Assembly: GCA_964640155.1 (NCBI GenBank)
Contig: CAZXEQ010000001.1
Coordinates: forward strand, 516,403 to 548,402
Source: an uncultured bacterium
Lineage (GTDB): Bacteria; Auribacterota; JACPWU01
Reading direction: 5' to 3'
DNA: 32,000 nucleotides
The position numbers and the translations under genes were made by a program. Within the stretch, counting starts at the first letter, position 1. Each line of letters begins with the position of its first letter. The notes under the pieces were generated by a model that was not told where the DNA came from, searched no databases, and was given only the letters and a program-made list of their open reading frames with translations. Below are positions 31,006-32,000 of the stretch, one piece after another.

Positions 31006-31788
31006 TTACAAAAAATAAAAGTATGCATTCCAAATACAGTCCACAATAATAACGAGAATCATTGAGGCAACTACAGAAAGTGTCGTTGCTTTTCCTACCC
31101 CTTCCGCCCCTCCTTGTACAATCAAACCTTGATAACATCCCATAAAGCTAATAATGGCACCAAAGGAAAAACTTTTAATCAACCCCGTCTGAATATCCTT
31201 TAAAACCAACGATTCAAATGTGCGTGAAATATAATAGGTTGTATCAATGTCTAAAGTAAGATGCCCTATGATATAGCCGCCTATAATTCCAATGAGATTG
31301 GCCAAAATAGTGAGGCAAGGAACCATCAAAAAAAGAGCTAAAAAACGTGGAGCCACCAAATAACGAACAGGATCCACTCCCATGGTTTCAAGAGCATCAA
31401 TTTCTTCAGAAACTTTCATGGTACCAATTTCAGCCGCAATTCCAGCTCCAACGCGACCTGAAACAACAATGGCTGTTACAAGAGGTCCCAATTCACGGGT
31501 AAAAGAAATTCCTACCAAGCCTGCAATTAAAATTTCTCCCCCTAATTTTTTAAGCTGATACGCAGTGAGCATAGCAAGCGTCAGCCCTAAAAAAAACGAG
31601 ACAAGAGAAACAATGGTTAAAGAACGAACTCCTCCATCCAACATTTGCTTCACTGTTTCTTTAAGACTCACGGGTTTACGCCTGACAAAACCCATCACAA
31701 GCCAAACAAAAGTTTGCCCCATCAAAAAAAGAAAGCTTTCCAAATGACAAAGAGCCGGTTTAACCCAAAGCTGCCAAGATTTGATCAA
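31006..31788 (-). CDS. mlaE: ABC transporter permease, MlaE-like
   Basis: 260 aa, polytopic, with the MlaE-type motifs ELGPLVTAIVVSGRVGAGIAAEIGTMKVSEEIDALETMG. Confidence 0.9.
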   Translation of the reverse strand: MIKSWQLWVKPALCHLESFLFLMGQTFVWLVMGFVRRKPVSLKETVKQMLDGGVRSLTIVSLVSFFLGLTLAMLTAYQLKKLGGEILIAGLVGISFTRELGPLVTAIVVSGRVGAGIAAEIGTMKVSEEIDALETMGVDPVRYLVAPRFLALFLMVPCLTILANLIGIIGGYIIGHLTLDIDTTYYISRTFESLVLKDIQTGLIKSFSFGAIISFMGCYQGLIVQGGAEGVGKATTLSVVASMILVIIVDCIWNAYFYFL

Positions 31789-31789
31789 T

Positions 31790-32000
31790 TTACATTCCTT
31801 TCAGTGCTTCAACTTCATCTTTGTAAATTTGAAAAACCTTCTCCAGGCGTGTGATTTCAAACAGCCCTTGTAAACCCGCACTCACAGCAAAAAGAGCAAA
31901 GAAGACATTGCGCTTCTTTGCAATTTGAAAAGCCTCAATAAGCGTGGCAAGCCCTGAGCTATCCATATACGAGACTTGCTTTAAATTGATCAAGAGTTTG
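31790..32000 (-). CDS. STAS-domain protein (anti-sigma-factor antagonist / MlaB-like); 5' end beyond the right edge
   Basis: The reading frame is open to base 32000. The visible part, ...KLLINLKQVSYMDSSGLATLIEAFQIAKKRNVFFALFAVSAGLQGLFEITRLEKVFQIY, is a typical STAS C-terminal half. Its stop is 1 nt before the mlaE start. Confidence 0.75.
   Translation of the reverse strand, partial: KLLINLKQVSYMDSSGLATLIEAFQIAKKRNVFFALFAVSAGLQGLFEITRLEKVFQIYKDEVEALKGM

Noticed and set aside
372-31854. Numerous 60-126-aa ORFs in the track lie antisense to, or out of frame within, well-supported genes. Examples are 372-560, 700-945, 1119-1325, 1949-2161, 4320-4589, 4797-5066, 5552-5873, 6824-7036, 7119-7385, 8398-8655, 9419-9967, 10037-10417, 11043-11459, 11771-12101, 12861-13094, 13959-14195, 16628-16973, 17987-18175, 18991-19179, 19783-20070, 21562-22106, 23204-23887, 24660-24890, 25335-25532, 26683-27015, 27704-27987, 29496-29750 and 31565-31854.
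   Set aside because: They are shadow ORFs of longer genes that have clear family signatures. They lack SD sequences and have low-complexity or implausible composition.

Overview
This is 32 kb of an AT-rich chromosome from a diderm (Gram-negative-type) bacterium; I cannot name the organism from sequence alone. All family assignments come from my own reading of the translations, not from database searches. Layout: (i) 1-1.6 kb holds the start of an RND-type efflux operon (adaptor gene open at the left edge), its TetR repressor and two matching palindromic operators. (ii) 1.8-4.7 kb holds an esterase, a cupin and an alpha/beta-hydrolase. (iii) About 3.3-16.2 kb is a stress-type island. Six transcription units (about 18 genes) each sit behind the same dyad T(A/G)GGGT-N3/4-ACCCCA, phased 31 nt from a TAnnAT hexamer. 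The genes are a NarL-type two-component system, a ferritin-like protein, an Fe/Mn superoxide dismutase, a triple-BON protein, a GT4-fusion/GH130 pair, a second cytoplasmic histidine kinase, two His-rich secreted proteins and several sub-60-aa membrane or lipoproteins missing from the ORF track. (iv) 16.3-18.4 kb holds an HExxH metallopeptidase plus Ddl-like ATP-grasp ligase pair. (v) 18.9-26.0 kb on the minus strand holds tRNA-Val, thrS, infC, rpmI, rplT, pheS and pheT. (vi) 26.2-32 kb holds a CxxCxxCC protein, a lipoprotein, efp, a NifB-like radical SAM gene and a STAS-mlaE-mlaF-mlaD operon (STAS gene open at the right edge). Non-coding highlights: two families of 120-140 nt hairpin elements (two copies each) with compensatory arm substitutions; a 25-nt perfect duplication of the tRNA-Val 3' end bracketing a 211-nt GC-rich insert directly in front of a thrS that lacks the TGS domain; and a three-segment alternative-pairing leader in front of pheS. 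I saw no rRNA, CRISPR array, transposase, integrase or recognisable defence/toxin gene.
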